From contig OX597815.1 of the NCBI GenBank assembly GCA_951406725.2, positions 52,266,001 through 52,330,000 on the forward strand: a DNA stretch of 64,000 nucleotides, given 5' to 3'. The DNA comes from Octopus vulgaris (lineage: Eukaryota). A program made the position numbers and the translations under genes. This document shows, piece after piece, positions 26,871 to 39,699 of this stretch. Below the pieces are notes generated by a model that worked only from the letters and a program-made list of their open reading frames with translations, was not told where the DNA came from and made no database searches. Every line of letters starts with the position of its first letter. Position 1 is the first letter of the stretch.

Positions 26871-27097
26871 CTTGTTTGGTGAGGTGGCTGAAAACTTTTG
26901 CATGGCCATTTTTGGTGATCATCTTGCATCTTCCCCTGTCATTCAGACTCCCAACTACAAAATATAATGATTAGGTATGGAAATGACTCTGACAGGGCCA
27001 ATGTTTTACCTGTAAAAAATGCAATGTGAAACATCTACTTATAAGTTAGCAATTAGCAGAAATTTACAATAGTGGCCAAAGACTTTTGCATATACTG
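25100..27097 (-). mobile_element. Internally deleted Tc1-like element with about 235-bp TIRs (host of a nested mariner)
   Basis: TA-CAGT...ACTG-TA; arms 25100-25335 and 26870-27097; C-terminal EWYLIP...NLCTSLPRHIEAIIQAKGSLMKY* at about 25420-25530. Confidence 0.85.
25579..26822 (+). mobile_element. Near full-length mariner transposon, transposase pseudogene about 25745-26748
   Basis: TA-TCAGGTTGAGT...ACTCAGCCTGA-TA; LDK*VPHNL, IVTCNEKWILYNN, YPAYSPDLSPTNYHFF, WQKCVDCNGTYFDE*; stops and frameshifts. Confidence 0.93.
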
Positions 27098-27504
27098 TAT
27101 ATAAAGAGACATATGAACCAAGGCAGCATAAATCTTAGTTCCCTTATATGAGATATTTAATCACTGAGAAGGCATAATGACACCATGTAACTGCTAGTAT
27201 TGGTAGTATGGATGATGGGAAATTGCTTTGTTGTTGTTGAAGATATTCCAGCCATGCCCACTTCATCTTTCATTGAAGTATAGTATATATAGGACTATAT
27301 TATTCAATTCTGTCCTTTTAATTCTCAAGATGGTAAAGAGATGCAATTTATCAGGATTTGGCCATTGCTAGCAATCTGAGTGGCCACGGAGAATCTCACT
27401 CATTGTTGATTTAATTACTGATCATAATCTGGCTATTTACATCTGACTGAAGTCAACTTTACCTTTCTTTCTTTTTTGGGGTTAATAAAATAAAGAAGAG
27501 GAGC

Positions 27505-28107
27505 CTTGGGCAAGTGTTTTCTACTATAGCCTCGGGCTGACCAAAGCCTTGTGAGTGGGTTTGGCTGACAAAAACTGAAAGAAGCCTGTTGTATATATAT
27601 GTGTATCTTTGTGTCTGTGTTTGTCCTTCACCACAGCTTGACAACTGGTGTTGGTGTGTTTACATCCCTAGTTTGTCAAAAGAGAAAGATAGAATAAATA
27701 CTGGGGTTGCTTAGTTTGACTAAAATTCTTCAAGACAGTGCCCCAGCATGGCCTCAGGCTAATGTCTGAAACAAGTAAAAGATAAAGCCTCAGGGCTTAG
27801 TGGTCAAGGTACTTGGCTAATGATCATAAGACCATGAGTTTGATTCCTGGCGATGCGCTGTGTCCTTGACCAAGACACTTTATTTCTCATTGCTCTAGTT
27901 CACTCAACTGGCAAACATGGGTTGTATATGTAATTCAAAGAGCCAACCTTGTCACACTCTGTGTTATGTTGAATCTCTTTGAGGAGTACATTAAGGGTTC
28001 ATGTGTCTGTGAAGTGCTCAGCCGCTTGCATGTTAATTTCATGAGCAGATTGTTCTGTTGATCAGATCAACTGGAACACTCTTCATCATAATTGACAGAG
28101 AGCCAGG
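27505..28107 (+). mobile_element. SINE family A (5'-truncated) followed by SINE family C
   Basis: CCTTGGGCAAGTG...GAAACAAGTAAAAGATAA, then tRNA-like head, GTGTCCTTGACCAAGACACTT and family C body. Confidence 0.8.
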
Positions 28108-28544
28108 TTAAAATAAAGTACTAGTCAACTACCAAGGTACTTCACAGCCATTTTATTGTATTGGCTAAATAAGAAGCAGTCATTAGTAATTATAATAGTG
28201 TTAGTACTAGTCGTAGTGACTGATACTAATAAGTAAACAATTAAGGTATCAAAAATCTAATTAATTAAATAGGACAGACCTGAAGCTGACCTGAAGTAGA
28301 GAGGACATATCATGAAAGAGGGTACAAATGGTGATGGAAAGACTTTGACAAACATAAGTGATTGATTGATTAACTGAATGATTAATCAAACAATCAATTA
28401 GTTAATTGGTCAAATATATAACCAATTAAGGAATAACAAAGAAGTGAAATAGAATCAGTGTGTGTGTCTTTATTATTGGCATAATCACTCTCTTCCCTTC
28501 AATGATGCAATTAAATTTAATCATAATATAGATATATTTTAACT

Positions 28545-28970
28545 TTTATCTTTTATCTTTTATCTTTTATTTGATTCAGTCATTTGACTGTGGCCATGCT
28601 GGGGCACTGCTTTGAAGAATTTTAGTCAAACAAATCAACTCCAGGACTTTTTTTAAAGCTTAGCACTTATTTCTATCGGTCTCTTTTGCCAAATTGCTAA
28701 GTTATGGGGATGTGAACACACCAACACCAGTTATCAAGTGGTGGTGGGGGGACAAACAGAGACACAAAGATACACACATAGATATATAATAAATTACATA
28801 TGTATATACAATGGGCTTTTTTCAGTTTCTGTCTACCAAATCCACTCATGAGGCTTTGGTCAGCCCAAGGCTGTTAGTAGGGTTAGGGTTAAGGTGCCAG
28901 ATGGTGAGACTGAACCCAGAACCATGTGATTGGGAAGCAAGCTTCTTATCACACAGCCATGCCTGTGCTT
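28545..28970 (-). mobile_element. SINE family A
   Basis: Reverse complement of the family A pattern with (CTTTTAT)n tail. Confidence 0.85.
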
Positions 28971-29433
28971 ATAATAAAGTTTTTAACCGTTTACCTTTAA
29001 GGAAAGAAATGTAGAAATAAATGGAAATGTAAAACTAAGCAGAATGATGCAATTATGTTTTTGCATGTGTTTATGTGTATAAAGTTAAAAAAGACAGAAA
29101 GAAAAGGAAGAGGACAAATATGATGAAGAGATTGTTGCAGCCTGTGATGTTCCACTTGATTTCCTGCCTCCACGGGACAATATTACTATGACTAAATCAG
29201 TCAATTTAGACACAAGCAATAACTTGGTTTATCTATAATATTCAAAAGTGATAAACTCTGTATTAAGCTTCTAAGTGTTCATAAATAATGAACCTTTTTC
29301 TTTTGAAAATTAGAAAAAGACAAACCACTTCACAAAGTATGTGAAAAGAGCTTATTGTCTGTAGTCCAGGTGAAATGAATAAATTATAGTACAAACTCAA
29401 AACATGGCACATCAGTGTTAGATCAACTACACT

Positions 29434-29599
29434 CAGGGTCATCTTAAGGCATGAACATACTGAGCAGTTACCCAAGGGCCTCCTGTGTCTAGGGGCACAA
29501 TTCTGATCTACATGTACTATGGCTTTCTGCCAATAAATACTACAGAGCCTAGTGCACTGATTTGCTTGGGGGCCTATAATGATGTTAAGATGGCCCTGA
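29434..29599. mobile_element. hAT-type MITE
   Basis: TIR CAGGGTCATCTTAA / TTAAGATGGCCCTG; 8-bp flanks ACTACACT / ACGATACT. Confidence 0.7.
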
Positions 29600-29699
29600 C
29601 GATACTGTACACAAGTTTCAGGTAATACAAAGCTGAGAATATTTGACAATTATTATCAAAGCTCCGTTGCTTATTGCATCCCTATCCCACAAAAAGAAA

Positions 29700-30080
29700 A
29701 AAAAACTGCACAAAGTAATTCAGAAGGCCACAGAAACTTACACAAAGTTCCTGATATTAACCATGTTAACATTTTGGAACTCCTACATCTTCAGTCCTTA
29801 GCTAAGCAAAAATCAGAAAATATCAAAGGACCACATTTATTGTCCAAAACAAAATTTATGATACCCTGGTTGAAGTTGTTTTATGTATCATAGGAAATGA
29901 CGTGAAAAAGGTGTTCAAGATATTCCATGTCATCGTTGGAACATCAGACATCAGCAAAGTTGCATAAGTAACAATATGATGTGGATTCACCACTGAAAGA
30001 GAAATAATACTAGAGTATGTTGAATTTTATGAAACATTTGCTACTAAGGAAGTGTTCTCTATAAGTTAGTAAAAAATATA
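29700..30080 (+). mobile_element. hAT (ZMYM1-like) transposase fragment
   Basis: FHVIV.TSDISKV...EIILEYVEFYET resembles FS..DETTD.S..EQ...E.F+GFYE. Confidence 0.5.
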
Positions 30081-30217
30081 CTTGGGTAGCTGGAGATGAT
30101 ATATCATAAAATTGTTGGAGGTTGTTTTAATTATATAATGAATATAGTGTTCATAGCAGTTTGACAGCAACAAGGTATGTTCTTTTCATCTGTTATAGTC
30201 TAATCTTCATACACAAG

Positions 30218-33040
30218 CAGTGGCATGCAAAGGTTTTGGTGATGCTTGAGGCTAACTCCTTGACTGCATGCTCTCAAGACTCCAAGTATAGGTCCTTGTA
30301 CTGAGAAATGTGAGAAAGGAAGATGTCTTGAATATGTAAAGGCAAAAGAAATAAACATTTTATTCAAATTAGCCATGTTATTTAAGTTTGGTGCCCATAT
30401 CCCCAAATGAAATCTGACAGAAAACACCTGAATTACTTTTTTCTCACATCATCTGAGGGAAATTCTTTTTCAATATTGATTAAAGCCTAGTTAGTATGTT
30501 TTTATTAATATTAACCTTGAAAATGACTTTTCACAACCTGCAATTGATCAAAAGTGATCAAAAGTAGTAATTTGTATGTGATTCATGTTTCAGGAAAGAC
30601 ATCCCTTCCAAACTGCAGTAAAGACTCCGGAGCATATTTAAGATCAGAGGAAACTGTATTCCCTCCATCCCAAAAGAATATCATAAAGTCAATAATTCCA
30701 TCATACGACCGAATGGCTGTCACACCATTATCATAATATTTTGTGAAATCTGAGCATTTTAAAAATTATTAATCCTTGTCTTCCTTGCTCAACCTTAATT
30801 ACAAATTGAATTCAAATTCAGAAGAAATGAAACTCAATCTCCAAGGTCTCCAAGGTGAATGCTGTGGTCTTCCATTTCAGATATTGATTGGTTCACTATC
30901 TCTCCCATTACTCTATTCATTTTGTACTGTGACACCAGTCTACTATCTCCTGCTGATTCCAAAGGTTCCATTCGTCTTCTCCCTGTTCATGCCATTTTTC
31001 ACAATATTCATTGACTGAATGTATGGCATTGTGGATAATTTTGCAATTTTTCAAATTCAAGATTTGATTAAACACTTTTAGATCACAAGAAGCTTCATGG
31101 GAACACTAATTTTGGATCCTGCAAACGTTTTAGAACTTGATGATAAAATTGGCTGCCAAAAAGATAACAAAGATATGAGATCTGTTGAACAGAGTAGAGG
31201 AACAATCCTGCATCAGATTTGATATCCCTGGAAACTTCTCCTTCCTGTAAATGTTCAAGGCTTATAATAATGTTTTGCACTCTGCATAGATTACTTGCAA
31301 AATATAATGATAAGGACTCTATCTTGCATCATGATAAGGACTCTATCTTGTCTTTTCATGGTCTGAGAGATAACAAATTTTAACACTTTCTAATGAGAAA
31401 TAATTGAAGAAAAAAAAGCAATTTTTTCAAAACTAAAAAATATATATATATAACAACACATTGCACCACACTTCCATTGATGCAGGCTAAATTGAAGTTA
31501 TGATTCTTGTAATTCACAAATATAACTTTTTTGACTAACTTCAAGAATTTTTTGCCAAACACCTCTCCTCATTCAGTCATAACTACTATAACATTCTTGG
31601 CTGCAACAGTCTTTAATGGAAATTTTGTCTTCCAATTACTCCAGAATTTTATTTACCAAGCTGACTATATCTTTCTTGTTGATTTGAACAAAAAATCCTA
31701 GAAATGCCGACTTTATTTCTTCTTTTCTGTTTTCATCAAAATGTATGTAAGGTACAATTTCAGAAACCTGATCTTCATGGGCAATATCTTTTGCATCTTT
31801 AATTTGGAAGTTAGTTTTTCTTGAAAGTTTCACTAAGGAGATCCTCTATTTCATTTTGATTCCTCTCAGACAAGTAAAAAAACACTTTTTGGATTCTCTT
31901 ACCCTCACTCTAAGTGCCTATCCGGTAACCTCACCATCATCAATTCACCGGTTTTCTTTTTTCAATAAAATAGTTTTTACCTATTAATGGTGAAATACTA
32001 TGGATACATTTTGTTGGCAACTTTCCATGAACTTTCCTCATGGTGAACTTTCTTCACAGTGAACTTTCTTCAAGGTGAACTTTCCGTGTGGTGAATTGAT
32101 GGCAATGAACTTACCTGTAATCCTCAAAGTCTTCTACTGAAATTTCATCATACTTTGCCAAAAGTCTGAACATTGTTAAAATGTTTCTTAATTTTCACTG
32201 ACTGTCTCCTCTGGCTCTAATAAACTAGGTGTTCCTTTTCCTCAATGCTCATGAAGGGCCAGATTCTGTTTTACCAGAAATTACACAATCTTGATAATCT
32301 GTTCAGTTATAGCTTTCCATTTTTCATTTTCAGTAGAAATTTGCTGCCAAAATACAGCATCTTTTGTAGTTGAACATTAGAGTCTAACTATAAGGTCCAA
32401 GTATTTCCCTCATGTAAACTCTTGTGAACCCATGTAAACTCTTTGACGATCCCTGCATCTGTGAAAACAAAGGAAACAAAACAGTGGCATGCTTCCCAGT
32501 ATGGAGAGTTTAACAGCTGTTTCCTCTCCACATTTTCTCCATTTGTTGAAACTTCCTTAAACCACTGTTTAGAAAAGGATTTTCCATCCTTCTAGGTAAA
32601 CTGATCCCTTTTATTTTGATAGCTTCCTGGACCATGTTGTACTATTGTCACCTTTAAGTTATTTGGGATTGGTTTCTTCAAAATGCTTTCTTTGCAAAAA
32701 ATGTACTAAAATCTTCTTTATTGTCTTCACTTGAAACATCATTCTTACTAGGAGATTGAGGGCAGCAATATCATGTTCTGATTCCACATCAGAAGAATCT
32801 GTCACTGCTTCTGCATTATATTTTACTTCCCCATACACTTTCCTTACTTCCTCTTTACTTCATTATACCCAGGTATCTAATGCTCCTCTGCTTGGATTGT
32901 TTGTTTCTGGCTCTTTTATTTTTTGCTGTGTACTCCACTTAGTTGCATGTTCTTTATCTGGAGATATCAACAAAATGAATAATTTAATAATTTGGACAAA
33001 CAACAATTTGGACAGTGGATATCTTAAACACTAAAAGAAA
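30218..33040 (-). mobile_element. Decayed hAT transposon (ZMYM1-like transposase)
   Basis: WKAI.EQII.IV*FLVKQNLAL; DAKDIAHEDQVSEIVPYI...IKSAFLGF; CEKSFSRLILIKTY dimerisation motif; terminus CAGTGGCATGC at 30218. Confidence 0.8.
31920..32123. mobile_element. Small TIR element with subterminal GTGAACTTTC tandem repeats, inserted in the hAT
   Basis: GGTAACCTCACCATCATCAATTCACC versus GGTGAATTGATGGCAATGAACTTACC; about 15-bp tandem units 32028-32100. Confidence 0.6.
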
Positions 33041-34495
33041 TATGAAGAAACCACAAGCAAAACCTCTAATATTAGCAAATTATAAAGTGACAAACTGGCA
33101 GAATTGTTACCCTGGATGGACAAAATGCTCAGCAGCATTTTATCTGTCTTTATGTTCTGAGTTCAAATGGCACCAAGGTTGACTTTGCCTTTCATCCTTT
33201 CAGGGTTGATAGAATAAGTACAAGTTGAGCATTGAGGTCGATGTAATCAACTTACTTTCTCCCCTAATCTTGCTGGCATTGTGCCAAAATTTGAAAGCAA
33301 TATTAGCACATTATTTATATACTACATATTATGTACAAACCTTTGTATACACACCTTTGATGAGTTCTCCAGCACTATTCAACTATTAGAGTTACTAATT
33401 CAAAGACTGCTAACACATATCTACCTATTATTTCATTCTGGATAACAACATTATTATGGAAATGGAATTACAATTTAATGGTAATAACCAAGAAATACTT
33501 TGTATATTTGGTTATATTAAAATGTGTCTGATGCCTCAGGTGAACACAATGAGACTTGTGGCATCACTTAATACATTGACCTTGATTACTTAATGGCAGC
33601 AAAGGCAGCCTACACAAAGTTTGTCACAAAAATATATGCATCAGCCAAATTTATAGGTATTGGTAGTTGGTGTTGTTGAAACTGTTTAAAGCAATGACCT
33701 TCATGGCGTATTGCCGGTCTTGAACAAAGACCACTGGCATCTTGGTAACCATTTCTGCTACAGTGTGTTCTGCAGAGTGCTTTTGCAGTGGTTTCAGATG
33801 AATGGAGATATTTCTGAGGAGCAGAATGGGTCAAACACAACTAAACCATCTAGTAGTACTAAATATTGAGTGAGAGTATGCTAATATGTCTGTTTGTAAA
33901 AATGTTGACCAAATAATTGATATTTTTGCTATAAAGAAAGGCAGTAAACAAAAAATTATTTTAAGTTGCATGTTGTGTGATTTGTGGAGCATCAAAAGAT
34001 AAAAAGACATTTTATTAGAAATTGGTATTTGTGTTTTTTTATCTGTGTAAAACTTTGGGCAAGTCAATCTCACAACCACCCAAACCAAAGACCCCATCCA
34101 CCCATGTTTATATGCATATGTGTGTGTGTGTGAATGTGTATGTGTGTGTGTGCGCGCGATTGTAGTATTTCATTCTTCTGCCATTGTATTGGATTGTGGC
34201 TATGCTGGGACACCATCTTCAAAAGGTTTTGGTTAATCACATCAACCTTAGTGCTTATTTTCGTCTGCCACTTATTTTATCGATCTATATTGGATCAAAT
34301 CACTAAGTTATGGCTTTTGACACAACACTATTTAATTTTTTTTTTTTTATAGTGGTAAACTTAAACATAAACACAGATACAAATGCAGATGGGCACACAT
34401 GTTCATGAATACATACACACACACACACAAACATACATGCACATATATACATATAAATGCATACATAAATACATAATATCATTTTTAAACATATA

Positions 34496-34526
<31 letters not shown>

Positions 34527-34587
34527 GTATATACACGCAGACACAAACAGTCACAGACACACACACATTTGTATATATATATATATA

Positions 34588-36159
34588 CTAGCAGGGTTAT
34601 CCGGCGTTGCCCGAGTTACATACAATTGAAGAATTAGACTTTTCTGTTATATTTTCTGTAATGAACTGGAATACCTATATTTCGAATTTCATCAAAATTG
34701 CAGATGAGGGTTATTTCCTCATAAATAAAATTGTAATCGTGCCACATGTATCCCACACTACTGATTTTTATGTGCATATTCCAAAATTCCAGTCTTATTG
34801 AACCTGTTAAAAGGATTTTACTCCTGAAAAATGGAGGTCATGGAGCTCTAAAATGTGAGAGTTAATGTCAACTAGAGAAGTTGAATTGTCGAGAATCTTT
34901 TTAACTTGGGTCTTATATCTATTGGGTTTGTAAAAGAGAGCAAAGCTACAGGAAACCAAAAGACGAATGATCACAATAAGCAGTCAGCTATAGTACCCTA
35001 GTTGTTACCACTCCCAATGTAGTATTCCTCACCATGTAGGTGACAGGCACAGCTGTAAGATGCATTACGAATCTATAGCAATTGGAAGGGCGTGACCCAA
35101 CTGAAATGAACATTAACAACTGTGTGACATGAGGGCTAAGGAGAAATGAAAGTTGGAGTTTGCAAATGACCACTATACTGATACGTAACTGGACAGAATA
35201 AATATACAATCTATAAATGTCTTTGAATAACCAGTCACTCATCTGGGAAGGCCTTGAAATCAATGTTACCATGTGGGGATTATGTGTGACCCAGTGATAA
35301 TAAAAAGACTGAAAGGAAATCTGCAATCAAATAACTTTACTCAGCACTTTGCAACTGCCTCTCATTTACTTGACAATTTATGCAGCACATTGCAGAAATC
35401 ACAATCTAAGTGTATGTCAAAGCAAACTGTTACACTGTTGTACCATTAAATTACAAATAATGCTTGGATGACCCCACAGCTTCCAAGAGTACAACTATTC
35501 ATCTTTGCTTAGATAAAATGTCTAAATTGTGAGTGTTAAGTCCCCATGAAGGGATCTTTCTAACTTGTAAGAAGATGAAATTTTATAAATATTACTTCAT
35601 GTGTATCTAATATCTATGGTTAAAATTTCATCAACAGCAAAAATATATGAATTGTCATTGGGGTTATGGCCCTTATGCATAGAATATAATTTTCAAATTT
35701 CCTAAAGATCCATTCTGTACTTTTGACTTAGTTTTGGATCATAAAAGAAATGACTAAAATTTGGGAGTTAAAGCCCCCATTAGGGTGTCTTAGAATCCTC
35801 ATGTGAAGTGGAAACTTTGAGAATACTTCTTGATGTATGTCAATTACCCATGGTTGAAATTTCATCAACATCGAAAATTTATGAATTTTCATGGGGGGTT
35901 CTGCACTCTTTAAGCCATCTGAAATTCGAACCAAACATTGCATTATACCCACACTTATGCATTGAATGTAAGTTTCAAATATCATAAGGATCCATTCAGT
36001 AATTTTGATCCATGAAATTGTATGAAGCGCACAGCATTACCCTTCTCCCTAGGCTTCAATTTTGTGTTCCAAATTTCATTATGATCGGTGCAGCAGTTTT
36101 TGAATGTATAAGTAATACATGAACACATAAAGACATTGTCTTTGATATAATAAATATGA
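34588..36159 (-). mobile_element. Non-autonomous Helitron/Helentron-type element
   Basis: 3' hairpin TCGGGCAACGCCGGA followed by CTAG|T; 5' motif GCTGCACCGATCATAATGAAATTTGG; internal duplicated blocks 35585-35730 and 35820-36010. Confidence 0.7.
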
Positions 36160-36171
36160 ATGTACACATAT

Positions 36172-36261
<90 letters not shown>

Positions 36262-36705
36262 TATATATATATATATATACATACACACACAAAGATAAAT
36301 TGATAGATACAACTGAGTGGGCAAACAAAAATATGAGACACAGCGTACTGCTTGTTTTATTTTGATAAGCCTGATACTTATTCTATTAGTTTCTTCTTGT
36401 GAAACCAGTAAGTTATGGGGATGTAAATAAACGAACAGCAGTTGCGAAGCAGTGATGAGGGTGAAACACAGAAGCAAAGTCAGACACATACACTTAAATA
36501 TATACATACATATATACGATTGATTTCTTTAAGTTTCTGTCTATGACACCTATATATATATATATATATATATATATCTTTTATAGAGACTTAGTAATTT
36601 TAATATTTCTAATATATATATATATAATAAAATATTAGGGAATAAATCCAAACTTACAGGGAAAAATCAGATTTTGGATTGAATCCAATTTTATAGTAAA
36701 ATATT

Positions 36706-37142
36706 ATATTATATTAAATTAGAGATAAAACCACTATTAGGCAAATCATACAATGAAAAACTTAAGCCAATACATAAGATTAATTAATTTATATTATTTA
36801 AATATACATCAAAATTATTAAAAAAGATAATTAATATAACACTACGATCGTTTCATGGCTGTTCAATTCTTAAAATTTTCGAGTTACAGTCATTCTTCAG
36901 GTGGTTTAAATATTTAACTTGGCGAGGTTTAATCAATGAATTAAACATTGAATTAAACATTGAATGACTGTAACTCGAAAATTTTAAGAATTGAACAGCC
37001 ATGAAACGATCGTAGTGTTATATTAATTATCTTTTTTAATAATTTTGATATATATTTAAATAATATAAATTAATTAATCTTATGTATTGGCTTAAGTTTT
37101 TCATTGTATGATTTGCCTAATAGTGGTTTTATCTCTAATTTA

Positions 37143-37151
<9 letters not shown>
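36706..37151. mobile_element. Near-perfect inverted PLE-type terminal repeat (arms 36706-36895 and 36962-37151)
   Basis: About 190-bp arms with about 2 differences, embedded in (TA)n. Confidence 0.88.
36836..36906 (-). ncRNA. Type I hammerhead ribozyme motif with intact core
   Basis: aaccac-CTGAAGA-atgactgt...acagccat-GAAAC-gatc-GTA-gtgtt; palindromic ACGATCGT stem III. Confidence 0.75.
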
Positions 37152-37180
<29 letters not shown>

Positions 37181-37261
37181 TTTCGTAATCAGAAACTTAA
37201 AGAAAACAATCGTATATATGTATGTATATATTTAAGTGTATGTATATATATTTAAGTGTAA

Positions 37262-37309
<48 letters not shown>

Positions 37310-37369
37310 ACATACAAACACACAAACACACACAAAGATAAATTGTGTGGGCAAACAAAAATATGAGAT

Positions 37370-37710
37370 ACTGCCTAGTGGTTTTTTTTATTTTGATAAG
37401 CCTGGTACTTATTCTATCAGTTTCTTTCTTGTGAAACCAGTAAGTTATGGGGATGTAAATAAACGAACACCAGTTGTGAGGCAGTGATGAGGGAGAAACA
37501 CAAAGACACACACACAGACTTACATATATACATACATATATATATATATGATTGATTTCTTTCAGTTTCTGTCTACAAAATTCACTGACAAGGCTTTGGT
37601 TGGTCTGGGGCTATAGCAGAAGACACATGCCAAGTCACCACACAGTGGGACTGAACCCAGGACAATGTGTTTTGGAACAAAGTTTGTTACCACACAGCCA
37701 CACCTGTACC
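37370..37710 (-). mobile_element. SINE family A (partial duplicate at 36340-36545)
   Basis: Family A motifs on the minus strand. Confidence 0.8.
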
Positions 37711-37712
37711 TA

Positions 37713-37762
<50 letters not shown>

Positions 37763-38039
37763 TGTGTGTATGGGTGTATATATGTATGCATGTATATATG
37801 TGAATATATATGTGTACATATTACATGTACATCTCTCTCTCCATATATACATCTACACATATACATGTATACATATACATCTATATGTATAGAAATAAAT
37901 GTATACATATGCAGTGGAATTGAACTCAGAACTGTGTGGTGGGGAAGCAAATTTCTTACCACATAGCCGTACCTGCACCTATATTCAAGTTTCTTCTTAT
38001 GTAGAAAATATAAAATAAAAATTTTCCACATTTTTCATA

Positions 38040-39200
38040 TTTTCTTATCAGCTTTTTACAGTTGGTTTTGAACAGTAGAGATTCTAAATCCATATCTGAC
38101 GTTTCTAAATCTTTACTGCCTCATTATCAAGGATTGAATCGAATATATTTGGTGTTCGTGTTGTTTCATATATACTGATTGAATTTATGTAGACTTTCCC
38201 CCTACAGGTTTTTGACTGTTAGCATTATGCCTCAGCAGTCAGGTATTGATTTGTTTGTTGCGGTCAAATTTTGACTGTTAGATTTGTTTTAATCTTTTTG
38301 TGTCAGTAGGTACATGTTAATTTTTTTTATACTTGTGTTTGTGCACATTGTATTGCCATATGGTTTTTACTAAATTAAATCATATATTTTTATGTAGAAT
38401 TTTATAAAGTACGTAAATATTTTCCTGAAGTATTTTTCTATTGAATTTCATTTTGCAGAGTGTGGTGTAATGTTGTGTAATAGCTCCATGTTGTAAGTGC
38501 ATGGTGATCCTACATGAAAGTGTTGTGCCAGTCTGTCAAATATGACTGCTAGAGTCCTGAAGTTTACAACTTTTAGTTTAACTGTCAAATTTATCGAGCA
38601 TATTCTTTGTTCTTTGGTTCTGCCCTTTGTTCTTCGGCTCACATATTTGTAGTGTACTACTGATAACAGGGAATTAGGTTTTAGTGGTCTTGTCATATGT
38701 TATTATTTTAAGTATATGATCGTGTGTGATGCATTTTGCATTGCATTGTACAAGGGTTTTTATTATATGTTCATGTGTTTGTTAGTTTTTGTGCATTTTG
38801 TTCATGTAACAGATTTTATATCTAAAAATGGTGTTTCATTCGATTATTCTGAGAGTTAAAATTTAGTACAGAGTTGTTTATAGGCCTTCCTTTCATCTCT
38901 CAACTTCCTCAAGTGTATTCATTACAGCTAATGAATAATCTACCTATCTAGTGTATATAATGTGTTTATGTTTTGGTATTATTCTGTTTTCTATTGTGAA
39001 TAGGTAGAATGTTGTACACATAGATCCTAGGATGGAATGCATGTTATCTTCATCTATTTGTTTGTATAAATTTCCTTGTGGGCTGCAAAGAAAAGGTACT
39101 TCAGTTCTCTCCTGATGACCCCATACACTTGCTGGCTTCCAGTATGTGGAGTTCTTGACTGGTAGTACTTGCATGTGCAAGTTGTTTGCAAAACATCTTA
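38040..39200 (-). mobile_element. Highly decayed Penelope-like element (RT to endonuclease)
   Basis: GNLYKQID...M.S.LG...FY; IYTR*VDD; NETPFLDI; downstream TTGATAA...GAAACGTC hammerhead relic about 38095-38133. Confidence 0.7.
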
Positions 39201-39278
39201 GTTCTTTTCAATAAATTTTCTTGTATCATGGCTGGCTTTGTTTAGGGGTATTTGTATCTTGGGAAGCACCTTTCATCA

Positions 39279-39327
<49 letters not shown>

Positions 39328-39699
39328 ATTCTGTTTTCTTTGTTGTCATTAGTCGCCAAATTCACTAATTTCTCAATTAACTAATTGATTACTTGACTAA
39401 TCGTTTGATCAGTTGATCAATCAGACTGCTTTTACTGCTGTGAGTGTGTGTGTGTGTGTTACATCAGTGTTTGAGTATTTTTTGTCTTGTTTAATCAATG
39501 TTTATGTTCACAGATTGTGCCAATGTGATACTGAAATCTGGCCAGAAACAATAAATAACAAAAGACTGGTCTTCTATTGACATTTTGTGAAACTCATGAC
39601 CACCAAATTCATAATGCACATGATCTCTGCTATATCTGAAAATAAAATATCTATCTATATACCGGTAGCAGGCTCAGTGAGAGTAATGAATAATATATA

